DNA of 64,000 bases. It comes from Octopus vulgaris. Lineage: Eukaryota. A program made the position numbers and the translations under genes. Position 1 is the stretch's first letter. Every line of letters starts with the position of its first letter. Shown in pieces: positions 52,750-64,000 of this stretch. Under the pieces are notes generated by a model, which had not been told where the DNA came from, did not search any database, and was given only the letters and a program-made list of their open reading frames with translations. The stretch lies in NCBI GenBank assembly GCA_951406725.2, contig OX597816.1:104098001-104162000 (forward strand), written 5' to 3'.

Positions 52750-54090
52750 CTTCGTTGAAGAAGTTTACTTGTATTGTGTATTTTGTGTCTAGAATGTATT
52801 TTGTAAGTGCTTCATTGTTCAACTTTTTGAATACACCTGTTCTGTGCTAATTGCGTATAGAGGAAGTTGGTTTTCGTAATGGTGTTGACTATTTCTGATT
52901 TTGTTGCGATTTTTTAAGTATTTTTCTTTGTCTTTCGAAATTAAACTTTTTTATGTTTTATTTTGAAAAAAGGGGAATATTCTAAATTTTCCACTTGCAC
53001 AAATGTCTTGGCGTTTACTACATGGAATAGATGAATCTTTAATTTTCTATTAATACATGTTCCCCAAAATTATTCTAATTGCATTTTGCGTATGTGATGC
53101 TATAGATGAGGCTTTTTGCTTTGCAATTTATCTTTGCATTCATTTCTAACTCGTTCCCGCTCGTGAATCTTTTGGTTGTTCCTTGTTTAATTATTTTACA
53201 TGTCCCAAAGCAAGGGTCCACACAGTTTGTCACCACTATTATTTCATTTTTCGATATGAATCTTGTTTTTGTTAGGCATCTCTTGAGATTTGGAAGTTGT
53301 CTCTGGCTGTTGATGATAAGTAGTTTAAAAATTATCTGTAGGAGATTTGATCGTAAGCACGTTGTAGTTCCTAAGACTGTAGGTGACTAGAAATGGAATA
53401 TCTATATATATAAAACTCTAGTTGTGTGAGTGTCTGTCCCCTTCGATTTAGATTCCTAACTCCTCCCACATTTTGCGGTGCAGTTTAACCAAATTCGGGT
53501 ATCTTATAGTCGTGATTCATATCGAGCCCGTCTGACTATTAGCGCGCGTCAACGATGAGTCTACGATTTTAAAAATAATTTAACATCATTTTTTATTCCA
53601 TTTTAATGCATAAAATGCATCGTGTGTCGATGGCGGCGGAGTTGGCGTCCACGCTCACAGCTGCACCTGTTTGCTTCTCCCCCTTCCCTCCCTCGTGAAG
53701 CTGTGGGGAAGGGAGTGTAAAGAAATCAACGTCGTAATGCGTTGTGAAGGAAACCAGCGTTCTTTTAGAATAACGACTTCATGGCTTGAAGACACCAAAA
53801 CAAAAATGACTAAGAAAGCCCGAATTTATAAGGGAAGTAACTCTCTAAAAATGCTTATATAGTTATTTCCCTTACAAACCCGAGCAACGCCGGGCGATAC
53901 TGCTAGTATATATATATATATTTGTATTTCTGTTTTCATAATCAATGTGAGTGTTTCTCCGTAAGGCAGAGACTAGGATTTCTTTTGCTTTGGTTAAGGC
54001 ATGATTTATTAACCCTTTACGGGTATTACTGTTTTTGAGTGAACATATTTAGTATTACTAGTCGCTACTTTCGTTTACTGGAGTCTGTAA
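52750..54090 (-). mobile_element. Decayed Penelope-like element (Neptune-like linker plus GIY-YIG), interrupted by a Helitron
   Basis: YP.GLINHALTKAKEI (~53975-54030), IINSQRQLPNLKRCLTKTRF (~53260-53320), C..P.FGTC, INCKAKSLIYSITYAKC (~53080-53130). Confidence 0.75.
53401..53906 (+). mobile_element. Non-autonomous Helitron
   Basis: A|TCTATATATATAAAA...CTAG|T termini, subterminal hairpin CCCGAGCAACGCCGGG (53879-53894), no TSD. Confidence 0.85.
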
Positions 54091-54132
54091 CTATTGAGCA
54101 TATAAGCCGATATACATGTATATGTACAGATA

Positions 54133-54179
<47 letters not shown>

Positions 54180-54182
<3 letters not shown>

Positions 54183-54344
54183 CTCTCCTTGTTTTTATTA
54201 TGTTTCCCTTTCTGTAGAAGAGCGTAGGCTCGAAACGTAAAAGACCTTTTCTATTCCTGAGCGTTATACTAATACATCTGTTTGTTTTGTACACCACCTG
54301 TCTGCGTCTTTTGTTTTTTTCGTAAACTCTCCCCACACACACAC

Positions 54345-54409
<65 letters not shown>

Positions 54410-54540
54410 GGAGAAAAACAAAAGACGAAGACTTGTGGTGCAGAAAACAAACAGATGTATTAGTATAACGATCAGGAATTGAAAAAGTCTTTTACGTTTC
54501 GAGCCTACGCTCTTCTACAGAAAGGGACACAGAACATATA
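54180..54540. mobile_element. Tail-to-tail pair of hammerhead-bearing terminal repeats around (TA)n
   Basis: 54206-54330 is the near reverse complement of 54408-54526; both carry CTTT-CTGTAGA-AGAGCGTAGGCTC-GAAA-CGTA-AAAG. Confidence 0.8.
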
Positions 54541-55248
54541 TATATACATAGTCAATATATACATACTTGCATGTATACATCCATCCATATATATATATAA
54601 TACGAGACTATTCTGTTGATGATGTTTAAATTCTAATGAAAGAGGTTGAAAACTTTTACACTCAATGTAATTCTGAGGTAGAAGCAGGGTAATGCAGTGA
54701 GTGACAAAGCTGTATCTTTCAATTATAGGTTCAATCCACCCGACGGTAGGGGAACCTATAGAGTTTCTATTTACGTTGATTCCCTCTCACGGTATGGGTC
54801 GACACGCAAATGTTATCTGTCAAAGTGTGGAGTCAAACCCTAGACCTCATGATTGCAAAGAGAATTCTTAATCATACGACCTCACTGCAATTACACACGC
54901 ACTCACACACACACATGCACTCGCAGTCACACACACATACACACGCACATGTATGTACGCGTGCGCGCGCATATATATGTACATATGCTTATGTGGAGAC
55001 TTGTGGTCTAGTGGTTAGGTTGTAGCACTCATGATCACAAGGTCGTGGTTTCAACTATTAGACTGGGTGATGCGTTGTGTTCTGCAGCAAAACATTTTAT
55101 TTCACATTGCTCCAGAAAACTTCAAGTATCAAACATGAGTTATCCCGGGACAGACCAGCGTCTCGTCGAGGGGATAATATATACACCACAAAATCTAAGA
55201 AACAGGACTTACAAGCTAATGCCTCGGGAAGGACATTTAATCCTTTTG

Positions 55249-55280
<32 letters not shown>

Positions 55281-55543
55281 CATCTATTGTCAAAATATCC
55301 GACAAAAATGCAACGTAGCTCTTGGCTCCGGTATTTCAAACTCTGAGTCGTATTATGACATGCATGTATATGCGCGCGTGTATATATACATATATATATA
55401 CACACATATATATATATATATGCATATATATATATATGTGCGTGTGAGTGTGTGTAAAGTGTAACTGTCCGAAACAGTAAGGACTTCTGGTATACTTGAC
55501 TGAGGAAAGAATGTTTTCTTACCCTCTATTTCGTTTTTGTTCC

Positions 55544-55594
<51 letters not shown>

Positions 55595-56799
55595 ACCAAA
55601 TTATAAGAAGAAAACAAAGAAATTCCTTTTAACACATATTTAATGATTCGGTACAATTGCTTCTAAACCAATTCTATTTGCAACTCAGTTTACGCGAAAA
55701 TTCGAAGTGAATTTTACGTAGTGTTTGCGGTTTTAGACATTATATGTTCGTTATTTGTATCTGTGTTTGTTCCCCAATAACACTTGACAACCGGGAATGG
55801 TGTGTTTACGTCCCCGTAACCGAGATAATAAGTATCAAGCTAAAAAATAAACATACACATACAGATATATACATATATCTATATATATGATCATGTATAT
55901 ACGTATATGACTGAACGCATGTATGCATGTATGTGTATACAACTGCATGCGTGTGTGTGCGTATCTATCTATTTTGTGACGTAGTTAACGTAAACATGTA
56001 AATAGCTAACTAAAATGTAAACATCTCCGCTTATCATAAACTTCGTGGAGTATATATAAAATTTGTGTAGATCCCAAATAGCTACACACACACGTATACA
56101 AACATATGCATATATATATATATATATATATATATACCTATACACACATTCTAATGCATATGCATATATGTGTATATATTTATAATCTGTGTGTATTATA
56201 GATGCATACATTATATATATATAAAAGATGTTTACATACAATATATATATGTTATATACATCTACATGTATATGTATGTATGAATATATAAGTACCACAG
56301 AATTTGAATCAAACTGTTTTGATCCATACATACACCCACACACACACACACACCAACACTACCATCCATGAGACATCCTAACATAATCAATGCTGCTACT
56401 ACTATCATCATCATCATCCACTGCCGCCACCACCACCACCACCACCACCTCTACAAAAACACCAACACTATAATTGCTGCCATCATACACATCCACTGTC
56501 ACCACTGCCATGATAACCACATCTACCACAGCTGTTTGCTTACTGCTTACCCACTCACAAAATAGCTATCTACGTCACATTAACACTATGCAGTTAATAA
56601 TTTCAAATGAAAACAGACAATATGATTGGTTAAAATTCGCAGATTTAAACTACGTTTAAACTTATAAAATATATTTTTGTCAAAAAAACTAGTTAAAATT
56701 ATTGTTTTCTTTTGACACATTCTACCAGTATACGAAGTTTCAAATTATTTAGTTAACTAGAAAAATCTGAAAAATCTGGCTTTCAAAAAGAAAAGATCC

Positions 56800-56925
56800 G
56801 GGTTTGGGTTTTAAGGTTAGGGTTTTAGGGTTAGGGTTTTAGAGCTAGGTTTTATGGTTAGGATTTTAGAGTTAGGGTTAGGTTTGGGGTTTTAGGGTTA
56901 GGGTTGGGATTTAGGATTAGAGTTA
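56800..56925 (+). repeat. Degenerate interstitial telomere-like array (TTAGGG/TTTTAGGG)
   Basis: Directly visible; a second short tract at 58768-58790. Confidence 0.85.
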
Positions 56926-57369
56926 CGGAAACAAGCGAGAAATGAAGAAATTGGAGGTGGAGGGGTAGGGGGCAAATTTTTTTTCCGAAAATAGATGCTG
57001 AAATCAAGAAATTGCCGAAGAAAGATTTTCACTTTTTCATGAGCGGCTATCGAAAACGCTGGGGTTTTAATATGACAAAAGAAAATACAAAAATGGTGGG
57101 CTTTTATGCACATATGTACTAATGGATATCATATATATGTACAAAATGAAACTTGAGATTTCGAAAGAAATTGTGATGTGTGCCACTATTTTCCTTTTCA
57201 CATCAAATTCCAATATAATCTGAATATATACATTCTGAAAAGTATTTGTAGCAAATTTCATTAAAAAATACCCAAGTTATGAGGAAACAAAGTCAACTCA
57301 TGTGAATTTCCAGAATCTTTTTAAATATCAAATTCCTATGTAAGCGGAATATACACAATCTAAAACATA

Positions 57370-57881
57370 CCGTAAATCCTCAAGTATAATCCGCATTATT
57401 TACCCAAAATTTAAAGGTCAAAATCCCTAGTGCGTACTATATATGAGGTTAAAAAGGGAAATTATTTTCTAAGCAATGTCCAAGTCTCTATTTGCTGTCA
57501 GGCAATGTTTATTCAGAGGCATTTTGTGATGTCGGGCTCGAAAATACCTTAAGCTAAGCCTGAAAGCAATGAAGTCATAAAAGAATCATCCATAACTTGC
57601 AATAAGCAACATTTATTAAACGTTATTACTGTTATTTCTTTATTTTCTGCAAACAAAATGCACAAAAAAGCTACACGTTTACATTATGTTATATATACAA
57701 TAATAATAAAGGACGTTACCGTATACATTTTTAGAAACCAAGGACGTTATATACACCTCATTGACTGAAGTTAGAGAAGGGGTGCGTATTATACACAAGG
57801 TTTAGGTTTTCCAGAGGTACAGCCCCCTAAAAATCCCCTGCGTATTATACTCAAGGGCAGACTATACTCGAGGATTAACGG
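57370..57881. mobile_element. Tc1/mariner-superfamily (pogo/Tc2-like) MITE
   Basis: TA|CCGTAAATCCTCAAGTATAAT...ACTATACTCGAGGATTAACGG|TA, with subterminal GCGTATTATAC repeats. Confidence 0.8.
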
Positions 57882-58359
57882 TATTTTTTGAAAATTTCAT
57901 AAAAAAAATTTACATTTTTCTGGAAGTTGTGAGGCAACAAAGTCGGTCGGGTAGGGGCACACATGTATAGGTAAACCGACATTTGCATTATTTTACAATA
58001 ATCATTTCAAATCCTGCTCGGCTGGTTTTTGTCTTATCTTTCAGGGCCCAATAGAATGAGTTAATCGTAATAAAACAGAGTTGTAAACACCCCTATACCT
58101 ATCCATTCAAATGCTGACGTCAGTAAAGTTGGTCAAGGAAAACCGGTCTTTTTACTTTTATTGGAATTGATATTGTATTTATTTAAGATGCCAAAGGAGT
58201 TCTGTGTTTTTGTTTTTATGAAGACGCTTCATGAATAATCTAATCTTCTCACTCCTTCGGTCATTGTTTTTCTAAGATAAAAATAGTATGATGACTTATA
58301 AAATATTTAGAGGAATATTAAGTTTTACAGGCCAGATGTTTAAAAAATATTGGAGTAGC

Positions 58360-58474
58360 TGATTCCGGGTTCAGTCCCACTGTCTGGCACCTTGGGCAAG
58401 TGTCTTCTACTATAACCTCGGGCCAACCAAAGCCTTGTGAGTGGATTTGGTAGACGGAAACTGAAAGAAGCCCG

Positions 58475-58533
<59 letters not shown>

Positions 58534-58730
58534 TGTATGTGTGTGTGTTTGTGTGTCTGTGTTTGTCCCCCTAGCATTGCTTGACAACCGATGCTGGTGT
58601 ATTTATGTCCCCGTTACTTAGCGGTTCGGCAAAAGACACCGATAGAATAAGTACTGGGCTTACAAAAAGAATAAGTCCCGGGGTCTAGTTGCTCGATTAA
58701 AGGCGATGCTCCAGCATGGCCGTGGTCAAG
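58360..58730 (+). mobile_element. SINE family 2 (5'-truncated)
   Basis: Reverse complement of 39985-40350. Confidence 0.9.
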
Positions 58731-59118
58731 AGTAACATTAAAAGTAAAATATGTTTTATATGACACATTAGGGTTAGGGTTACGGTTAGTGTCCGAAGGT
58801 TGAAAGTGTTTAGTTACAAAAAATTTATTTCTCGATCTGCCGTTCTAAGGGTAAAGATCCCTTATATTATTTATTTAAACTCTTTACAAACTAGAAGGGT
58901 TATGGGTCAAGAGGAAAATACATCAATCAAATGTTGGGAAGGCCATCGGTTGAATAAAACAACATTGTTCCTCAACATAACAATAAGGCTCTATAGTTAG
59001 GGGGAAATTTACCCATTCAGTTTCAAAACTCAGGTGGGGCCAAAAGAGGTCTCTACACATACATACGTATATACACACACACACACACACACACATACAT
59101 ATATCCAGACAACTTCAG

Positions 59119-59167
<49 letters not shown>

Positions 59168-59170
<3 letters not shown>

Positions 59171-59494
59171 ATTACACCAAGTAGTCTTCGGCATGTAAAA
59201 GCCTCATTCGAGGAAAATGATGAAAGAAGAAGTCTGGGTAAAGTAGAGTTATCTAATTCTTATGATTTCCTAAGACTTGATCTCGAAACGTACGTCCGTA
59301 GGTGACTTAAAACTGTATGATAGATTGCCGTTAATTCATTCTCTTTTACCTGTTTGTGTTTGCCTTTCAAATGCTGTGCCTTTACTGTGATCTCCTTTTA
59401 GTAGAAGAAATAGCTATAATCTCTTTGACTGCTATTTCTAAATTCGGTGTGTGGTAAGGCAATTCGTTGCTAAACCCTTAATTGCTTAGTATTA

Positions 59495-59497
<3 letters not shown>
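59168..59497 (+). mobile_element. Solo Penelope-type terminal repeat between (TA)n tracts with degenerate hammerhead
   Basis: ATGATGA (59217)...AAGTCT/AGACTT stem...CTC-GAAA-CGTACG-TC (59282-59296). Confidence 0.55.
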
Positions 59498-59530
<33 letters not shown>

Positions 59531-60249
59531 GCTTGGATCCTTTTCAATGCCACTACGTCCCGTCCGATTCGCTCCAAAATTTACAGGGACATGTAGAAAT
59601 AGGTGACGAAGCTCGTGGGCTACCTTAGAAATCCCTATCTTAAAAGGTGTAGTTGCTAGGGGCCATCTTCCTCACTCACGCTATTTCCTCCAGTACACTC
59701 TCCTTCATTTATAACTTTGATAAGGCCACTACCGTTATTTAAAGTATCTGTCACTCTCGCTATTTCCTCTCTTTTTCACTCACTGTTTCTTACCTTCCCA
59801 TTACATCGGCGTTCTTTTACGTATCTGTCTGTCACCAACAACACACGAGCATGAGAACAAATATTATGAATCAGATATTCTTGCGTTTATTTATATTTAT
59901 GTGTGTGTGTGTGTTCTATATATAAATATGTATATATAATGTATATATACAAAGTGTATATATCTGTATTTATGTATATTAAACTTTTTCATACTTATAT
60001 ATATTTTTAAACAAATTATAAATATAATAATTTTTATTTTCAATTTAATTTAAATTTTTCAATTTTATATATTATATTTTTTTTTAATGTTTTTGTTTTT
60101 TCACTGTTTGATTTCCCTAAAAATTCCATTTTTCATTTTTATGATTATACCCAGAGTGCTCTAATCGAATATGAACTGTCTTACCATTGGCGGACGTTTG
60201 TTTTTTTTTATTTTTGAAACAAACACGTTGCCTCTTTCGTTTTAAAACA

Positions 60250-60900
60250 ATACTACCTTAATACATTGGTCCAACAAACAAAACATCACCCACTCTCATT
60301 CTTTTATGTATTTGAGAATGTGTGTGTTTCCCTAAAACTTGAGAACTACAAGGCTCGGCTCGGCTCGGAATTTTAATTACATAGAGAACTGTAGCGTGAA
60401 GGCAGCATATAAGAAAACCAACTCTTCCACAGTTGTTGGCAGTTTTACTTACTCCGCATAGCAACAATATGTGTGTTCGTCAAAGCAATTGCTCCCCCAA
60501 AGCAAATTAGATAAAATTTGCGATACGTGGAACGTCAAAGCTGCTAACATAATCAGGACAGTAAAAATCTTCGGTAGGGGCTGTTTAACCCTAACGAGGT
60601 GACGTGGTGAACGCTGGAGAAAGAAAGCTTTGTCAAGAGACAGACGGGAATGCATGAACGAAAAGAAAAAGAAATACATTTAGAAATAGATCTATAGTTA
60701 TTGAGGACAGAATTTCTGTTAGAAATAGAGAACTTTGAATTATGCATAAAGCGCTGACTTACATTCGGGGCTTCCAATTTCTCTGTAAAATATAAGATTG
60801 TCTCAAAATCATCGCACATGTCACCATCGCTTACAAACGCCGGTGGAAGATAAACGTTCCAGAGGACATTCTTGTTCTTTCGTTCGTACAAGGATCGTAT
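60250..60900 (-). mobile_element. Possible decayed Helitron PIF1 helicase C-terminal remnant
   Basis: IPVCLLTKL, VRVKQPLPKIFTVLI, FSM and HSQI..RVG occur in the order of PIF1 motifs PIMLLRNL, L.VK.L, FAMTINK and HGQLY..SRV. Confidence 0.35.
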
Positions 60901-61061
60901 TATGTTTCGGCTTAAAATAAATTATAGATATAAATATAATGTATAGAAATATATAAAAACCAGAATAGAAAATAAACGTCTTAGGCATATAAAATGAGAT
61001 AAAATGAGATATCAAGGTGTTATAAACGTGAAACTTACTAGAATATCATAGATTATATATA

Positions 61062-63619
61062 TCAAGTCATGCAGTCAGTTCTGTCCAATTTTACCTTTTT
61101 AGATTTGAATGAAATTTAATAGTATTTGCAAATGTCTAATTCAATAAAAAATTATTTTTATGCATTTGTGTACGTTTAAACCGATTCAATATTGTTTTAC
61201 AAAATAATAGACGGTGTCCACAAAGTCTGCGTACATGGGAATTAACATACTTTTAAAACAAAACAATTTTATTTAATTATAATGTTAATAAATAATATTT
61301 TCAAAGTGATTTCCATCATTTTTCAATGCATAACTTGATGCGCCTTGCAAAATTCAGGTGAACTTGATTAAATAAGTCTACATTGCCATCAATTTCAGCA
61401 CACTGACTGGTAATGCGTTCTCTCATGTGTTTTAAATCTGTAATCTTTATTGAGTAAACTTTCTCTTTCAACATACCACAGAAAAAGAAATCAAGGGGAG
61501 AAAGGTCTGGTGAACGAGGGGACCATTCCATATGACCCCTTCTTCCAATCTAGTGAGGAGGAAAAGTGTCATTAAATCAATCTCTAACAGTTGTGGCAAA
61601 ATGGGTAGGGGCCCCTTCCTGCTGAAACCAATTCGGAAGGCCCTCGCCTAGGCGCTCAATTTAAGATATTAATTTGTCTCTCAATATATTTGCATAAGTC
61701 TCATCCGTTACATGTTCAATGAAGAAGGGTCCTAGAACATGAGCTTTCCAAAAACCACACCACACCATCACCTTTTTGCTGTCTTGCTGTTTGGATAGAT
61801 CCATCCAATGTGGATTACCTCGAGACCAGTATAGAAGATTCTGTCTGTTGACCTCACCATTTACATAAAACGTAGCTTTATCACTGAACAACACAAAGTT
61901 TTTCGTAAAATTGATATTTTCATCCAATTTATCTGAAAACCTTTCGCACGTCTACATTCGTCTATCAGGATCGTCTTCATTTAAGTGATGCAATATCTGT
62001 AGGTTGTATCGATGAAACTTTTCCTCAACCAGCATTTTGTGGATGGTTGGTCTTGGAACACCTAACACCGTAGATGTCCGACGAAGTGATTTTTGGGGGC
62101 TAGCTAGCAGAAACTTTAGCCTCGACAGCCTCTTTAGTTTCATCTGAAATCTTTGGTCGCCCGGAACGTGGTTTATCCGAAACACTGCCTGTTTCTTTAA
62201 ATTTCTTGATCAATTTCCTGACGGCAGTAAAATAAATAGGTTGCCTACAAGGGTATGGAAGATTAAATTCTTCCGCAATTTTGCGATAAGACCATCCCTC
62301 TCGTCCACTTAATAATACTAACTCGATTCTTCCTTCTTTAGACAGATTCATCATTCGATCTGGGATTCTTTCTTCTTTAGACAGAGCCATCATTCGATCA
62401 TCTGTAGAAAAAATAACAAATAAATTTAGAAAAGTAAAGTATTTTTTTTTATTTAATTTAAACAAAAGTAAAAAAGGAAAATTATTGTTTCTTATATTTA
62501 TTTGTTTATGTTATGATTTTATTCCATAAACCCAGACTTCGTGGACACCCTAAAATTGCTTTGATTAAAACCCTTTCAACATGGAAGTATCCAAGGAGCA
62601 TTTAAGGCACATATAATTCTTTATGAGTACAATAAAGGTAACTCTGCAGCCGAAGTGACTCGAAACATACACTCAGTTTATGGGAAAGTGCTCGAATGAA
62701 AGAACTTGCAGGAGATCGTCTGCAAAATTGAAGATGAATATCGAACAGGATGTCCAGTTGAGTTTGATAAGCTCCTTGAGGCATTACTTGAAGAAAATCC
62801 GTCATTATCAGTTGAAGAATTGGCAATAAAGCTTACTTCAAACCATACAACAGTTCATCGTCATCTTCAACAACGTGGAAAGATTCCTAAACTTGGAAAA
62901 TAGGTGCCTTATGTATTGTCCGAAAGCAACCGCAAATCCCGAGTTAGCTTCTGCTCTTCTCTCCATTCTCGCAAACTCATTTCACCCTTTTTCGATAGAC
63001 TTGTGATGAAAAATGGATTTTCTATCGAAATGTTAAACGTCGTAAACAGTGGCTTGGTAAAAGGGAAAATTCTCAACCACAACCGAGAAGGGAACTTCAT
63101 GGGAAAAAGATTCTACTCTTTATATTATTACCACCTAATGCAACAATCAATGCTCAAGTCTACTGTCAGCAATTAGGGCGTTTGAACCAAGCTTTGAAGG
63201 TAAAAAGAGCCGCTTTAGTGAGTCGAAAACGAGTGATGTTTCATCAGGACAATGTACAACCCCACACTGCAAAGATCACATCACAGAAGATCGAAGGGGT
63301 CGGTTTGGAAAAATTTCTTCATCCAACTTATTCTCCCGACCTTACTCCTTCAGGATACCATTTGTTTCATAGTTTACAGAATTAGTAGCGGGATACAACT
63401 TTCGCAAGCCAGGGGGAGGTCGAATCTGACATTTCAGAGTTCTTCGCTTTCAAACCAAAAGAGTTTTACGTTGATGGGATTAAAAAGCTTGTAAATAGAT
63501 GGAGGTAAGTCATAGATAATTAGGGAAAGTACATTGATGATTAACTTTCAATTAAATATAACATTTGATCACTTGTATTCTTTATCCAAAATTCAGACAG
63601 AACTTATGGGATGACCTGA
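61062..63619 (+). mobile_element. Mariner (DD34D) transposon; pseudogene ORF starting at 62581; 5' UTR interrupted by a DD41D element
   Basis: 5' TIR-like TCAAGTCAT..AGTTCTGTCC at 61062 versus GACAGAACTTATGGGATGACCTGA at 63596-63619; motifs FHQDNVQPH and HPTYSPDLTPSGYHLF. Confidence 0.88.
61210..62552 (-). mobile_element. Tc1/mariner DD41D (rosa/Visitor-type) transposon, decayed
   Basis: TIRs GGTGTCCACAAAGTCTG / CAGACTTCGTGGACACCC; PRSGRPK, LFSDKATF, FQQEGAP, WSPRSPDLSPLDFFF. I counted 41 residues between the 2nd and 3rd catalytic positions. Confidence 0.88.
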
Positions 63620-64000
63620 GATATATACACCGGCGAAAATATATTTAAGACAGACGATAAAAGTTCTATTTCTTACAAAATATTTTGTTACTAACACCAT
63701 ACAAATTATTTTTATCTTTTACACCTTATGCAAAATTTATTTCGCTTTCGAATGATGCAGACAATAACCATTTTTATACAACTTGAAGAATTCTAATGCT
63801 AAACATAATTTTAATGGAGATAACCTGCAGTATATAGTACAACATTTTTGTCTCTGTATATGAGCTAAGTATTAATAAAATGTGGTATACGATAAAAATT
63901 TCGGATATTTGTCTTAAAACATTCAGACAAGAAAATTCAGACATAGCACATGAGGTATTATTCCATACGAATATCCACATATTTATATTAAGAATTTCAT

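Overview
AT-rich, microsatellite- and transposon-dense eukaryotic DNA, most likely from an octopod cephalopod (inferred from the tRNA-derived SINE families and microsatellite spectrum; not verified). I found no intact host protein-coding gene, and nearly all listed ORFs are microsatellite artefacts. Recognisable content: three decayed Penelope-like retroelements (RT and/or GIY-YIG), many short Penelope-type terminal repeats carrying hammerhead-ribozyme-like motifs, R4/Dong-type and RTE LINE remnants, two mariner (DD34D) and one nested DD41D Tc1/mariner transposon, Helitron pieces, piggyBac/hAT/Tc1-type MITEs, several SINE families, and a few exon-like fragments including a decayed DSL (Delta/Serrate-like) exon. 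Most notable: (1) a multi-copy hammerhead variant with a CUGUNGA core whose variation follows hammerhead rules; (2) a second repeat family with hammerhead boxes in permuted order; (3) repeated local inverted duplications (a ~560-bp palindrome with template-switch scars and inverted copies of exon-like DNA) that would form long dsRNA if transcribed.
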